Source of the DNA: Actinomycetota bacterium
GTDB taxonomy: Bacteria; Actinomycetota; Geothermincolia; Geothermincolales; RBG-13-55-18
Assembly: GCA_014360685.1 (NCBI GenBank)
Contig: JACIXB010000023.1
Location: 9,825 to 73,824 of the forward strand
Direction of reading: 5' to 3'
Length of the DNA stretch: 64,000 bases
This document shows positions 9,498 through 19,685 of the stretch, piece after piece. The notes beneath the pieces were generated by a model. It was not told the origin of the DNA, searched no databases, and saw only the letters and a program-made list of their open reading frames with translations. Numbering within the stretch: position 1 is the stretch's first letter; every line of letters begins with the position of its first letter. The position numbers and the translations under genes are program-made.

Positions 9498-10139
9498 ATG
9501 AAGAAGGACATCGAATACCTGCTTTTCGACCTGGACGGAACGCTGGTGGACACCATCCGGCTCATCCTGCGCGCCTTCCGGGAGACCTTCAGGGCGCTCG
9601 GGCTTCCCCCCCGCGACGACCGGGAGATGCTCCTCCAGGTGGGGAAGCCCCTTTACCGGCAGGCTCTGGACATCGACCCGCAGAGGGCGGACGAGATTTT
9701 CCGGGTCTACCAGGAGATGTACGATAAATATTACCAGGAACTGGTAAATGAATATCCCGGCGTCCGCGAGGCTTTGGCCGGCTTGAAGGAACGCGGATAC
9801 CGCCTCGCGGTGGTCACGTCCAAGCGTCATACAAACGCCGTCATGGATCTGGAGAAGTTCGAACTCCTTCGGTACCTGGACGAGTTGGTGACCGCCGAGG
9901 ACACCGAGAACCACAAGCCGGACCCCGAGCCGGTCTTCAAGGCCTTGGAGAAGCTGGGAGGAAGCCCGGGGAAAGCGGTGTTCATAGGCGACAGTCCCTA
10001 CGATATACGGAGCGCCCACGCCGCCGGGGTGCGGGCGGGGGCCGCCGCCTGGGGTCCCTTCCCCAGAGAGGTGCTGGAGGCGGAGAATCCCGATTACTGG
10101 ATACCGGACCCGCCTTCTTTGCTGCGCATCTTTCCTTGA
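9498..10139 (+). CDS. HAD-superfamily hydrolase (PGP/PpaX-like)
   Basis: LLFDLDGTLVDT (motif I), VVTSK (motif II) and FIGDSPYDIRSAHAAG (motif IV). Confidence 0.85.
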   Translation: MKKDIEYLLFDLDGTLVDTIRLILRAFRETFRALGLPPRDDREMLLQVGKPLYRQALDIDPQRADEIFRVYQEMYDKYYQELVNEYPGVREALAGLKERGYRLAVVTSKRHTNAVMDLEKFELLRYLDELVTAEDTENHKPDPEPVFKALEKLGGSPGKAVFIGDSPYDIRSAHAAGVRAGAAAWGPFPREVLEAENPDYWIPDPPSLLRIFP

Positions 10140-10182
10140 TCGGGAACCGGGCCGAAGGCACGAGGTTGAAGAGGAGAACGAA

Positions 10183-11889
10183 ATGCGGGACAGCGAGGAG
10201 TTGAGAAGGACGCTGCGGCGTATAGACGGAAGGGGTTACAAGGCCTACAAGGATATCGAGGGCCAGTACGATTTCGGGAGCTACGTCCTGTGGGTAGAGC
10301 ACGTGCAGGGCGACCCCTTCGCCGCCCCCAGCAACGTCATCGTCAGGGTCCCGCAGGAGAAGGCACGCTTTCCCCGCGACACCTTCTCCAACCGCAGCAG
10401 GGAGATCGGCTTGCGGGATTATCTCACCCGTAGGTTCCACGACCTGGCGGAGCGGGTTCGGGAGGGGAAGAGGGGAAGCGGCAAGAGCGGCCTCATAGCC
10501 ATTGACCGGCCCCACCAGGAGATACTGGAGAGGACCTCGGTCCTGGTGGACGAGAGGTGGGTGGAGGCCAGGATCGCGGTGGGCCTCCCGGCTTACGGGC
10601 GCAGCATCGCGGGCCGGGAAGCGGAGGAGATGTTTTTCCGCGAGCTTCCCCACATCGTGGCCGGCTCGCTCTTTTTCGACAGCTTGGACCGGGGAGCCCT
10701 CTACCGTCACGTGGAGACCAACGAGGACGCCGACTGTTTGAGGGGCAAGCTCAGGGAGATGGGACTGGCGGCGTTCCTCGCCGACGGCGCCGTCCTGCCC
10801 CGCAGGAGCGGCGTGGACCCCAGGCCCCTGACCGCGGGAAGGGTGATCCCCTTTAAGTCTCCTCCCTCCCTGCGGGTGGAGGTGGAACTCCCCAACCGAG
10901 GCCGGGTCAGCGGTATGGGCATCCCGGCGGGCATAACCTTGATCGTGGGCGGTGGGTATCATGGGAAATCCACCGTGTTGAACGCCCTGGAACTCGGGGT
11001 ATACAACCACATCCCGGGGGACGGGAGGGAGCTGGTGGTGGCCGACCCGGGAGCGGTGAAGATCAGGGCCGAGGACGGACGGCGCATCGAGAAGGTGGAC
11101 ATCTCTCCCTTCATCCGCGGCTTACCCTTCGGCCAGGACACCACCGCCTTCTGCACGGACAACGCCAGCGGAAGCACCTCCCAGGCCGCCAACATCATCG
11201 AGGCCCTGGAGGTGGGTGCCACTCTTCTGCTCATCGACGAGGACACCTCGGCCACCAACTTCATGATCCGTGACGAACGCATGCAAAAGCTGGTTCCCAA
11301 GGAGTTCGAGCCCATCACCCCCTTCATCGACAAGGCGGACCAGCTTTTCCGGGACTACGGGGTCTCGGTGATCCTGGTCATAGGCGGCTCCGGGGATTAC
11401 TTCGACATCGCCCACCACGTTATCTGCATGGTCAATTACGAGCCTCGCGACGTGACCGAACGGGCCCGGGCCATCGCCGCCGACCACGTGGCTCGCCGCG
11501 TGGCGGAAGGGGGCGAAACCTTCGGAACCCTGAAACACCGGGTCCCCCTGGCCCGGAGCGTGGATCCCCAGAGGAGGGGTAAGACCAAGATCCGCGCCCG
11601 CGGGGTCCGGGCCATCGAGTTCGGGGGCGAGACCATAGATCTGTCCAGCGTGGAGCAGCTGGTGGACGAGAGCCAAACCCGGGCCATCGGGCACGCCCTC
11701 CACTACGCCACCCGTTACATGGACGGTAAGGCCACCCTGCGGGAGGTCGTGGAGAGGGTGATGGGAGACGTGGGGATGAAGGGGCTGGACGTCATAGGTC
11801 CTCCCAACCGGGGGGACTATGCCGCCTTCCGCGCTTTCGAGCTGGCGGCGGCCATGAACCGGCTGCGCACCTTCACCGTGAAAACCTGA
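10183..11889 (+). CDS. ABC-ATPase-domain protein (COG3044 'predicted ATPase of the ABC class')
   Basis: N-terminus LRRIDGRGYKAYKDIEGQYDF, Walker A GGGYHGKST and LLLIDEDTSATNFM (Walker B-like). Confidence 0.75.
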   Translation: MRDSEELRRTLRRIDGRGYKAYKDIEGQYDFGSYVLWVEHVQGDPFAAPSNVIVRVPQEKARFPRDTFSNRSREIGLRDYLTRRFHDLAERVREGKRGSGKSGLIAIDRPHQEILERTSVLVDERWVEARIAVGLPAYGRSIAGREAEEMFFRELPHIVAGSLFFDSLDRGALYRHVETNEDADCLRGKLREMGLAAFLADGAVLPRRSGVDPRPLTAGRVIPFKSPPSLRVEVELPNRGRVSGMGIPAGITLIVGGGYHGKSTVLNALELGVYNHIPGDGRELVVADPGAVKIRAEDGRRIEKVDISPFIRGLPFGQDTTAFCTDNASGSTSQAANIIEALEVGATLLLIDEDTSATNFMIRDERMQKLVPKEFEPITPFIDKADQLFRDYGVSVILVIGGSGDYFDIAHHVICMVNYEPRDVTERARAIAADHVARRVAEGGETFGTLKHRVPLARSVDPQRRGKTKIRARGVRAIEFGGETIDLSSVEQLVDESQTRAIGHALHYATRYMDGKATLREVVERVMGDVGMKGLDVIGPPNRGDYAAFRAFELAAAMNRLRTFTVKT

Positions 11890-11909
11890 ACCCCGTGCCC
11901 CGCCGTTCG

Positions 11910-11938
11910 TTGACACCCGGCCCGGGCCGTGCTAATTT
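11910..11938 (+). promoter_or_regulatory. Sigma-70-like promoter (TTGACA-17-TAATTT)
   Basis: ttgaca at 11910..11915, a 17-nt spacer, then taattt at 11933..11938. The next gene starts about 335 nt downstream. Confidence 0.5.
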
Positions 11939-12280
11939 AATCCTCGTCCGCGCGCCGTGTAATGTATAGCGCTTGGAGCTTCCTTACTTTTCCACGGTCT
12001 TCCGCGTGCTTCGCAGCACATCCAGGCGACATTCTTAGGGTGAGGGCCTTCCTCGGAGTTGTCCGTTAACCCCTCCCAGGACGCGCGCCATCTATGGAAG
12101 GCCCTTCACCCGCCGAAAAACCCACGGCTTCCGGGATTCCCTCCGCGACGCGCGTCGTTTACGGCGGATATAGGGTTGGCGGGGGGAGATAATGAAGGAG
12201 GTCGGACCCGGGTGCCGATCAGGTTTGAGTGTCGGGCGGAAGCAGGTAGTGACGGGTAAGGGGAAGGAAAGGAGGAGGCC

Positions 12281-12715
12281 ATGCCCTATTTCCAGGATAT
12301 CCAGGTCTTCTACGGGCTCCTGACGGGGGTCTTCGACGCCCTGATGAAGGATCCCCAGATACGCCGGAAAGCCCTGGATTCCAAGTTGCTAGTCAGGTTC
12401 GTGTACCGCAACCCGGAAGGGGAGTTCTGGGTCGACTGCCGCGGCGACGAGGTGAAGGTATATCCCGGGGGGCCGGGAGAGGAAATGACCCCGGACGCGG
12501 TGATGACCATGGAGCTGGACACCGCCCACCGCTTCTGGTGCGGGCAACTCAACCTCTTGGGAGCGCTTTCCAGCGGGGAGATCGAGGCGGAGGGTTCCAT
12601 GCCCCGCCTCCTCAAGATGCTACCGGTGATAAAACCGGCCTACGACGTGTACAAGAACATGCTCCGGGAGAAAGGCCTGGAGAACCTCATCGTAGAGGAG
12701 GAAGAGGAGGACTGA
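12281..12715 (+). CDS. Stand-alone SCP2 (sterol-carrier-like) domain protein
   Basis: C-terminal GQLNLLGALSSGEIEAEGSMPRLLKMLPV resembles the SCP2 signature. RBS ggaaaggaggagg. Acidic tail. Confidence 0.65.
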   Translation: MPYFQDIQVFYGLLTGVFDALMKDPQIRRKALDSKLLVRFVYRNPEGEFWVDCRGDEVKVYPGGPGEEMTPDAVMTMELDTAHRFWCGQLNLLGALSSGEIEAEGSMPRLLKMLPVIKPAYDVYKNMLREKGLENLIVEEEEED

Positions 12716-12881
12716 GTTTCGATCCGCCGCGCCCGTTCCCGGTACCCGCGCACGAGTTCCCCGCGCCGAAGGCCGGGACTCCCAGTGCATGGGCGCGAGA
12801 TGGAGAACCCTTGGCGACCGCTGCCCGGTGGTCATGTTTTACCTGTCGGCTTAAGGTCGAGACCTGCGGGGGTGAACCGGG

Positions 12882-13751
12882 GTGCCCACCGATCCCTGGG
12901 CGGGATGGCTGGATGGGGTAGAGAGGGAGGTTTCCCGGGATAGGCGGGCGGCGCTTCTGCGGAACCAGGTCCGGGACCGGGTGTTGTCGCAGGCTGGATT
13001 GAGGCCCGGTGCGGTGGCGGTGGACCTGGGATGCGGCCTGGGGTTTCTTTCCCTGGAGGCCGCGCGGTTGGTGGGGCCGGAGGGCAGGGTTTACGCCGTG
13101 GACTCGGACCGGGAAGCCTTGGGCAGGCTGAGCGTAAGGGCGGGCGAGGCCGGCTTGGCTCACGTGATCCCGGTTCACGCGGACCTTTGCAAGCTTCCGT
13201 TGCCCGCGGGGGAGGCGGACGCGGTGGTGGCCAGGTCGGTCTTATCCTATGTGGAGGAACGCGGGAAAGCCCTCCGGGAGTGCTTTCGGATCCTCCGACC
13301 CGGAGGAAGGCTTTCCATCTGCGAACCCCTGCTGGCCGAGGAGGAGCTGTGGGTGGACTGGGATCTCCAGCTTCCCCTTTGGGAGAAGGCCGTGGCCATC
13401 CTGAGGTCTGAGCATCCGGCCTATTCCTTCCGTGGTCCCGACCTGGTACGGGAAGTCCGGGAGACCGGGTTCAGGGAGGCGGACTTTTTCGTATGGTATG
13501 CGGACGTGACGCGTCCCTTCATTGACGCCCGGGAAGTGAAAAGGGAGTTGGAGGGCGCTCTTCCGGGCCGGCTCTCCATCCTGAAAACATTGCGGGCCGG
13601 TGGGATGAGCGAGGAGGAGATAGACCTGCTGGCGCGGCGGTGGGCCGAGGAATCGTGGCGTTTCTCCTATCGCGACATCCTCCCTTGTTGCTTCGTATGG
13701 GGCAGGAAAGGCGAAGAGGGGGAAAAGCGCCCTGAAGGAACCGCCGGGTGA
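12882..13751 (+). CDS. Class I SAM-dependent methyltransferase
   Basis: AVDLGCGLGFLSLEAA..VYAVDSD..ILRPGGRL. GTG start. Confidence 0.75.
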   Translation: MPTDPWAGWLDGVEREVSRDRRAALLRNQVRDRVLSQAGLRPGAVAVDLGCGLGFLSLEAARLVGPEGRVYAVDSDREALGRLSVRAGEAGLAHVIPVHADLCKLPLPAGEADAVVARSVLSYVEERGKALRECFRILRPGGRLSICEPLLAEEELWVDWDLQLPLWEKAVAILRSEHPAYSFRGPDLVREVRETGFREADFFVWYADVTRPFIDAREVKRELEGALPGRLSILKTLRAGGMSEEEIDLLARRWAEESWRFSYRDILPCCFVWGRKGEEGEKRPEGTAG

Positions 13752-13882
13752 TGGGTGGGGGGCGGGGGTGATACCTCGCCGGGCATGGATGATAACGGGT
13801 CCGGGAGGGCGCGTTTCGCCCCCGGGGAAAACGGCCCGGATGCCGTGGAGGGTAGGGAAAGCGTGAGCGAGGAGGAGCGAGG

Positions 13883-15709
13883 ATGAGGGGTTTCTGCGGG
13901 AAGTACCTCCTGGTTGACTTGGAAAGCGGAAGTATGGAGGAAAGGAGCGTAGGGGAGGACGTCTTCCGCAAGTACGTGGGAGGGGCGGGGTTGGGCGCCT
14001 ACCTGATGCTCAAGGAGTTCGACCCTCTGGTGGATCCCCTTTCCCCGGGAGCGCCCCTCATGTTCCTCGACGGCCCGCTGACGGGCACCAATTTCCCGGG
14101 AAGCGGCCGCTCCTCCGTGGTGGCCCTTTCGCCCCTCACCGGGCTCTGGGGGGAGTGCAACGTGGGCGGAGCCTTCGGCGCGGCCATGAAGCTGGCCGGC
14201 CTGGACGGCGTGGTTCTCACCGGGAAAGCGGAAAGACCCGTGTACTTATGGATAGACGGCGGGAAGGCCGAGCTCCGCGATGCCTCCCACCTCTGGGGCC
14301 TGGACACCTATGCGACCAACGAGAGACTTGAAGAGGAGCTCAGGGGGGACGGCGGGTTGGTGCGTACCATGCAGATAGGCCCCGCCGGCGAGAAGGGCGT
14401 ACGCTTCGCCAACATCGTGAACGAGATGGGGAGCGTGGCCGGCCGTTGCGGCCTGGGAGCGGTCATGGGGAGCAAGAACCTCAAGGCGATAGCCGTTCGC
14501 GGCGGGGGCAAGATGGGTTATGCACATCCGGAGAGGGCGCGCGAGGTCCGTAAGGCTATTACCCAGAAACTGGAAAATCACCTCCTGGCCCAGACCCTAC
14601 ACGAGATGGGGACCAACGGCGCCCTGGACACCGGCATGCTTTCCGGCGACATCCCCATCCGCAACTGGAGCGTGGGGGAGTGGATGGAGGCCCTGGACAC
14701 CCTGAATTCCTTCTACTACAACGACCACATCCTGGTGAAGACGGTGGGCTGTTACGCCTGCACGGTGCGCTGCAAGAGGGTGGTGAGGGTGGAGGAGGGG
14801 CCCTATTCCATGGAGGAACACGCCGGCCCGGAGTATGAAACGGTGTGCATGATGGGCACCAACCTCCTCAACCCCAGCCTGGAGGCGGTGGCCAAGGCCA
14901 ACGACCTGTGCAACCGCCTGGGGATGGACACCATAGCCATGGGCTCGGTCATCGCCCTGCTCATGGAAGCCCAGGAGAGGGGCCTCCTGTCGCCCTCGGA
15001 GACGGGCCTGGATTTCTCCTGGGGAAATATGGAAACCGCCCTGGAGGCCATTCGCTTGACCGCCGCCCGGGAGGGCTTCGGAGATCGCATGTCCCGGGGG
15101 TCGCGCGCCCTGGCGGGGGAGCTGGGGGCTCCCGAACTGGCGGTTACCGTGAGGGGCCTGGATTTCCCGGCCCACGACCCCCGGGGGTTCCATGGCTACG
15201 GGCTGGGGTACGCCGTGGGGGCGAGGGGTGCATGCCACCTGAACACCACCAACCTACTGGTGGAAGGCGGGATGGCCTCCTGGCCGGAGATCGGGCTCAA
15301 GGGCCCCTACAAGGGTATGACCAGCAAGGGTAAGGCGGAACTCACCTGGAAGTGCCTCTCCGTGGGCCAGCTGTTCAACTCGCTGTGCATGTGCGAGTTC
15401 ATCGGTGCTTTCCTATCCCTCAACGACCAGGTGGAGATGATGCGCGCCGCCACCGGTTTCGACTGGACCCTGGAGGAGCTCATGGAATGCGGCTGGAGGA
15501 TCTGGTACCTGAAGCGCCACATCCTCAACCTGCGCGGCTCGGGGCGCAACGACGACGTACTCCCCCCCAAGGCCCTCACGCCCACTCGCGAGGGGACCAA
15601 CGCGGGGTCGGTCCCGGACATGGAATTGATGCTCGGGGAGTTCTACCGCCTGGCCGGTCTGGACGAGGAGGGCAGGGTCCCCCCGGAAAAATTGGACATC
15701 GATCCCTGA
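13883..15709 (+). CDS. Aldehyde:ferredoxin oxidoreductase (tungsten AOR family)
   Basis: 608 aa. N-terminus GKYLLVDLESGSMEE..GGAGLGAYL, NLKAIAVRG, and the Cys motif region CYACTVRCKR. Confidence 0.9.
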   Translation: MRGFCGKYLLVDLESGSMEERSVGEDVFRKYVGGAGLGAYLMLKEFDPLVDPLSPGAPLMFLDGPLTGTNFPGSGRSSVVALSPLTGLWGECNVGGAFGAAMKLAGLDGVVLTGKAERPVYLWIDGGKAELRDASHLWGLDTYATNERLEEELRGDGGLVRTMQIGPAGEKGVRFANIVNEMGSVAGRCGLGAVMGSKNLKAIAVRGGGKMGYAHPERAREVRKAITQKLENHLLAQTLHEMGTNGALDTGMLSGDIPIRNWSVGEWMEALDTLNSFYYNDHILVKTVGCYACTVRCKRVVRVEEGPYSMEEHAGPEYETVCMMGTNLLNPSLEAVAKANDLCNRLGMDTIAMGSVIALLMEAQERGLLSPSETGLDFSWGNMETALEAIRLTAAREGFGDRMSRGSRALAGELGAPELAVTVRGLDFPAHDPRGFHGYGLGYAVGARGACHLNTTNLLVEGGMASWPEIGLKGPYKGMTSKGKAELTWKCLSVGQLFNSLCMCEFIGAFLSLNDQVEMMRAATGFDWTLEELMECGWRIWYLKRHILNLRGSGRNDDVLPPKALTPTREGTNAGSVPDMELMLGEFYRLAGLDEEGRVPPEKLDIDP

Positions 15710-15806
15710 ACCTCGGCGCGACCTGCCTTTTTCGGCCACGTGGATCGTGGTTCTAACGGCCTTGTCCCTCCTCCCGCATCCGGCAAGCCGCGTGGGCCGA
15801 GCCGCT

Positions 15807-16454
15807 TCACTTTTCGATGTCCAGGATAACGCGCAGGGGGCCGGTGACGAAGTGCAGGTAATGGGGTAGGGGTTCGCTCATGGAAATGACGAAGGTGGTC
15901 TCCATGGAGCCACCGCCTGCGACCCTTTTGATAGTCGTCACCTTGGGATCCCCGAGGTGGACCTCCTCCCCGAGGTTGTCGAGCTGGGGATCGGAGACCT
16001 CGGGTCCGAGGACGAAGATCAACAGCTTGTTCTGCGCCATGTCGTACCAGGTCTGGGTAAGAGGCAGGCTGCTCACGTCGGTGCCGTCGCTTTTATGGAG
16101 TTCGAAGACGATACGGTAGTAATCGGCGTGGTCCGACCAGCGGACGTCGGTTATCACCAGCCCGGGAACCCCACCCGACCCGATGCTCTGTCCCTCCGAA
16201 CTGAAGGGGATGCTCTCGGTGTCGGTTTCCGTTTCCGGCTCCCTTTCCCCGGTTTCCGCTCCCTCCCGGGCCCCTTCCCCTGGCCCGGTCGTCCTCTCCT
16301 CCGCCTCGGCGGCCTCCTCCCCCACTTCGCCTTCCGTTTCCCTTTCCTCGCTCACCCCGGCAGGCTCCGACTTGCCGCAACCCAGAGGAATGATCGCCGC
16401 CAGGAAGAGCAGCAGGATTGCCAAGCAAGCCATCCACATGGTGGTCCGCCTCAT
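15807..16454 (-). CDS. Lipoprotein with an acidic low-complexity linker and an AMIN-like C-terminal domain
   Basis: Signal peptide plus lipobox LGCG. E/T/G-rich linker. The C-terminus ends in the pattern ...LRVILDIEK. Confidence 0.6.
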   Translation of the reverse strand: MRRTTMWMACLAILLLFLAAIIPLGCGKSEPAGVSEERETEGEVGEEAAEAEERTTGPGEGAREGAETGEREPETETDTESIPFSSEGQSIGSGGVPGLVITDVRWSDHADYYRIVFELHKSDGTDVSSLPLTQTWYDMAQNKLLIFVLGPEVSDPQLDNLGEEVHLGDPKVTTIKRVAGGGSMETTFVISMSEPLPHYLHFVTGPLRVILDIEK

Positions 16455-16895
16455 CGCCTTACCCCCTTTCCCCTTGGATCGTCCCTCTCCGAGATGCGGA
16501 TTCGGGATCGTTTACGATTTTCCCTTTCTCAAGGGAACCGTGACCCTGGAGGTAACGGTTTGGAGGGTTTTCCGTTGTTGGCCGCAGAACCTCTATAGGA
16601 TTTTAACATGGCTGGGGCGGCCATAAAAACGCGATCCTTCGTATGCCGAACGGGGTATGTGGATCCCGCAAGATAAATCACCCCTTTCCTCCCGTTCCTT
16701 GCCTGGTTTTGCAGGGATGATGGGGTGGCCTTTTATCGGTCCTGGAAGCGCATGCTGAAACGGTATGGCATCCGTTTGACGGTGGAGGGAACGGCTTCCC
16801 GGCGGTTTCCACGCGGCGTGTGGACGGACGGTGCCGCCTGCTTCTTGAAGCCCGCCCCGCCTTTCCCCGGGGGTTGACGGGGACGGGATCCCCGC

Positions 16896-18398
16896 TCATC
16901 CCAGGAGGTTAGCCACGTACAGGGCGCTTCCCGCCGCCTGCTCCGTTCCCACGCCCCGAGCTCCGGCGTCGGTTCCCACCAGCCACAGGCCCTCGACCGG
17001 GGTCCGGGGCGCCGGCTTGTGCACCCCGGTCTGTCCCACGCACTGGGCCAGGCCGATGCATTCGCCGGTGGGCTTGCCGGTGATGGAAGCGGTGTGGGCG
17101 ATGTGGGTGCGCATCTTCCACTGGACGTGAGATGCCATGTTGGGGAATATTTCCATGAGCCTCTCTTCCGCACGGTCCAGTATGCGCTCGCACCATTCCA
17201 CGTTCTCCCGGTTGACCTCGATGGGCCCGGGCACCCCCATGATCACCAGTTGCTTGCCCGGAGGAGCGGCGTAGGGATCCCACTCCGAGGGCAGGGGAGT
17301 GAAGAGGAAGGGGTCCTCCGGAACGCCGCCTCTCTCCAGATAGTCGAACATGTGATCGGGATCCAGGTTGGGGATGTTGAAGAAACTGGGGGCGGGAAGG
17401 TCGATCACCCGGCGGTCGAGGCCGAACTTTACGGTGATGAATGAATAGGAGTACTTCAGGCCCTTGACGTAGGCCACGTAATCCTCCGGGAAGTTCTCTT
17501 CCCCGGCCATCTCCACCGTTCGCTTTATGCCGGCGTTGGAGATCACCAGGTCGGCGTCGATCTCCTCGCCGTCCGCGGTGACCACCCCGCGAGCCCTGCC
17601 TTCCCTCACCACGATATTCTTCACCTCGCAGTTCAGGCGCAGCTCACCCCCGTCGCGCAGGAAGGCGCGCAGGAAGGAGCCCGGGATCTCGCGGGAGCCG
17701 CCCCGGGGAACGCCGAGGGTCTTCTTTTGGAATATATTGGTAACACACCATAAAAACTCGCCCGCGCTGACCTGGTGGTAGGGGACCACGGTAAGGAGCA
17801 TGGCAAGGGCGGCCATGCCCTGCAGGACCGTGCGGTCGTCGGTGATGCGGTGCAGGAACTCCTGCAGGCTGATCTCGTCAAGCTCCACGAGGTAGGAGGG
17901 GTTAAGGCGGGCGATCTTCGCCGCCGCGAGAAGGGATTCCAGGAAGGTGTTCCTCTTCGAGGCGCGGTAGACCTCGTTCTGAAGGGCGGTTGCGCCTGGG
18001 CTTCCGTTTTCCCGGCGCAGCAGCCTGTCCCGCAGCATCTTGATCTGCGAAGCGGCGTTGCTCAAGGCCATGCGGGGGTCGAAGGGGCTCTGGTAGAGGT
18101 TGACGCGGTATTTGCCGCCCACCAGGAGGTGCTCGCTGGGCTGGGCGGTCAGCCATTCCAGGTCGCCGCGCACCCGGCGGTTGATGTCCCCGTGCTGTCC
18201 GGAAGCCCCCATGGAGAACATGTGCACGCCGGAATCCACCAGGAAACCATCCCTCTCGAAGGACCAGCACTTCCCGCCGTAGAAACCATTTTTTTCCAGC
18301 AGGGTCACCCGGTGTCCCCTGGCCTGCAGGAGGGCGGCCACGCCCGCTCCTCCCACTCCCGATCCTATGACCAGTATCCTTTTCCCGCCTACAGCCAT
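16896..18398 (-). CDS. Phytoene-desaturase-family (CrtI-like) NAD(P)/FAD-dependent oxidoreductase
   Basis: KRILVIGSGVGGAGVAALLQARGHRVTLLEKNGFYGGK dinucleotide fold. About 500 aa. ATG at 18398 is preceded by gggaggtg. Confidence 0.75.
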   Translation of the reverse strand: MAVGGKRILVIGSGVGGAGVAALLQARGHRVTLLEKNGFYGGKCWSFERDGFLVDSGVHMFSMGASGQHGDINRRVRGDLEWLTAQPSEHLLVGGKYRVNLYQSPFDPRMALSNAASQIKMLRDRLLRRENGSPGATALQNEVYRASKRNTFLESLLAAAKIARLNPSYLVELDEISLQEFLHRITDDRTVLQGMAALAMLLTVVPYHQVSAGEFLWCVTNIFQKKTLGVPRGGSREIPGSFLRAFLRDGGELRLNCEVKNIVVREGRARGVVTADGEEIDADLVISNAGIKRTVEMAGEENFPEDYVAYVKGLKYSYSFITVKFGLDRRVIDLPAPSFFNIPNLDPDHMFDYLERGGVPEDPFLFTPLPSEWDPYAAPPGKQLVIMGVPGPIEVNRENVEWCERILDRAEERLMEIFPNMASHVQWKMRTHIAHTASITGKPTGECIGLAQCVGQTGVHKPAPRTPVEGLWLVGTDAGARGVGTEQAAGSALYVANLLG

Positions 18399-18626
18399 CC
18401 GGTCACCTCCCTTTGCCCGTGCGGGTCTTCCCGCTTGATACACTCCTGCCCGACGTAACGGTCGTCTGGATCCGTCAAGAAAACGGTTCCGTCACCCCGG
18501 CGCGCGTTACCTGCCTCTCCCGGCTGGCTCGCGTCCATTTCTCCTCTCCTTCCCCCGGTATTCACCCCTCCCTTCCGCCGTGCCGTAAAGCCCTGCCCCG
18601 CGTCGACAACGGGAAGGGGACCCTGG

Positions 18627-19685
18627 TCACGGAAAGAGGTTCCGGTACCCCGGCATGTACTCCACCAGTATCCTTTGGGCCGATTTTTTCCTGTCCAAAC
18701 GATGGAAGACCGTCCGGAACCCGATCACGTTCAAGGAAACCGGCACCAGCTCCTTCAGGCGCGCCGCGCAGTAAGCCGGGTAATAAGGGCTGACGCACCT
18801 GCGGAATTCCCTCCAGGCCCTCTCCCGGTCCTCCACGGCCAGGGCGGCTATCTTTCCGGACACCAGGGCGCCGTGCAGGCCGAAGAAGGCAAAGGGGTCC
18901 ATGGCCCCCGCCAGGGTGCCGGCCAGTATGGCCCTCCCGGCGAAGAGGCGCGGCGTGCGGATGGAGGCTGCCGGCACCGGGAAGGTAAAGCCGTTCCAAC
19001 GCGGGATCTCCAACCCCTCGAAGCGGGCTACCTGTTCGGCGAAACGGTCGCGGTCCCGGAGGGATATGGGACGGCGACGGTTGAAGAGGTGCACGTAGAG
19101 TATGCCCCGGAAAGCGGCTACGTACCCGTAATCGCTGGTGTAGGTGTCGTGGTACATGTGCACGAAGTTGAGCTCGGGATCGCAGGTGCCTCGGTAGGTG
19201 AAGTGGTGGGATGTAAGGTAGGGTACTCCGAAGGCGTCGAATCCCTCGAAGTGGAGGCCGGTGGCCACGATGCAATGGGGGTAAAAGTCCCAGAGGTCCT
19301 CGGGGGAGAGCACCGGCGAGGAGAACCGGAATTCCACGCCCGCTTCCCGGGCCAGCCGGTAGAGGTGGCTGTCCAGGCTGGTCTCCCGGGGCCCCCTTTC
19401 GAAGAACCAGGCCCGGATGAGGCGGGGATCGAAGGCGTACGCCTTGCCCCCGGCGATCTCCCGCATCTCCTGGATGGGCTCCACTCCGGGCGAGATGTCC
19501 ACGCCAAGGTAAGCGCACAACTCCTCCAGGTTGAGCGGGCTGCCCTGGCAGGAAGGGTGGTAAAGGGGGGAACCCCCCACTCGTTCCTCCCTCTCCAAAA
19601 CCAGCACCTGGTGGCCCCTTCGGGCCAAGGTGATGGCGGCCACCAGCCCCGCAAGCCCGGCCCCCGCTATCTTCACTTCGGCCAT
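18627..19685 (-). CDS. GGR-like FAD-dependent oxidoreductase, paralogue P0 of the 25257..28682 array
   Basis: VKIAGAGLAGLVAAITLARRGHQVLVLE..VGG, ERGPRETSLDSHLYRLAREAGVEFRF, and RLFAGRAILAGTLAGAMDPFAFFGLHGALVSGKIAALAVED. Confidence 0.75.
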   Translation of the reverse strand: MAEVKIAGAGLAGLVAAITLARRGHQVLVLEREERVGGSPLYHPSCQGSPLNLEELCAYLGVDISPGVEPIQEMREIAGGKAYAFDPRLIRAWFFERGPRETSLDSHLYRLAREAGVEFRFSSPVLSPEDLWDFYPHCIVATGLHFEGFDAFGVPYLTSHHFTYRGTCDPELNFVHMYHDTYTSDYGYVAAFRGILYVHLFNRRRPISLRDRDRFAEQVARFEGLEIPRWNGFTFPVPAASIRTPRLFAGRAILAGTLAGAMDPFAFFGLHGALVSGKIAALAVEDRERAWREFRRCVSPYYPAYCAARLKELVPVSLNVIGFRTVFHRLDRKKSAQRILVEYMPGYRNLFP

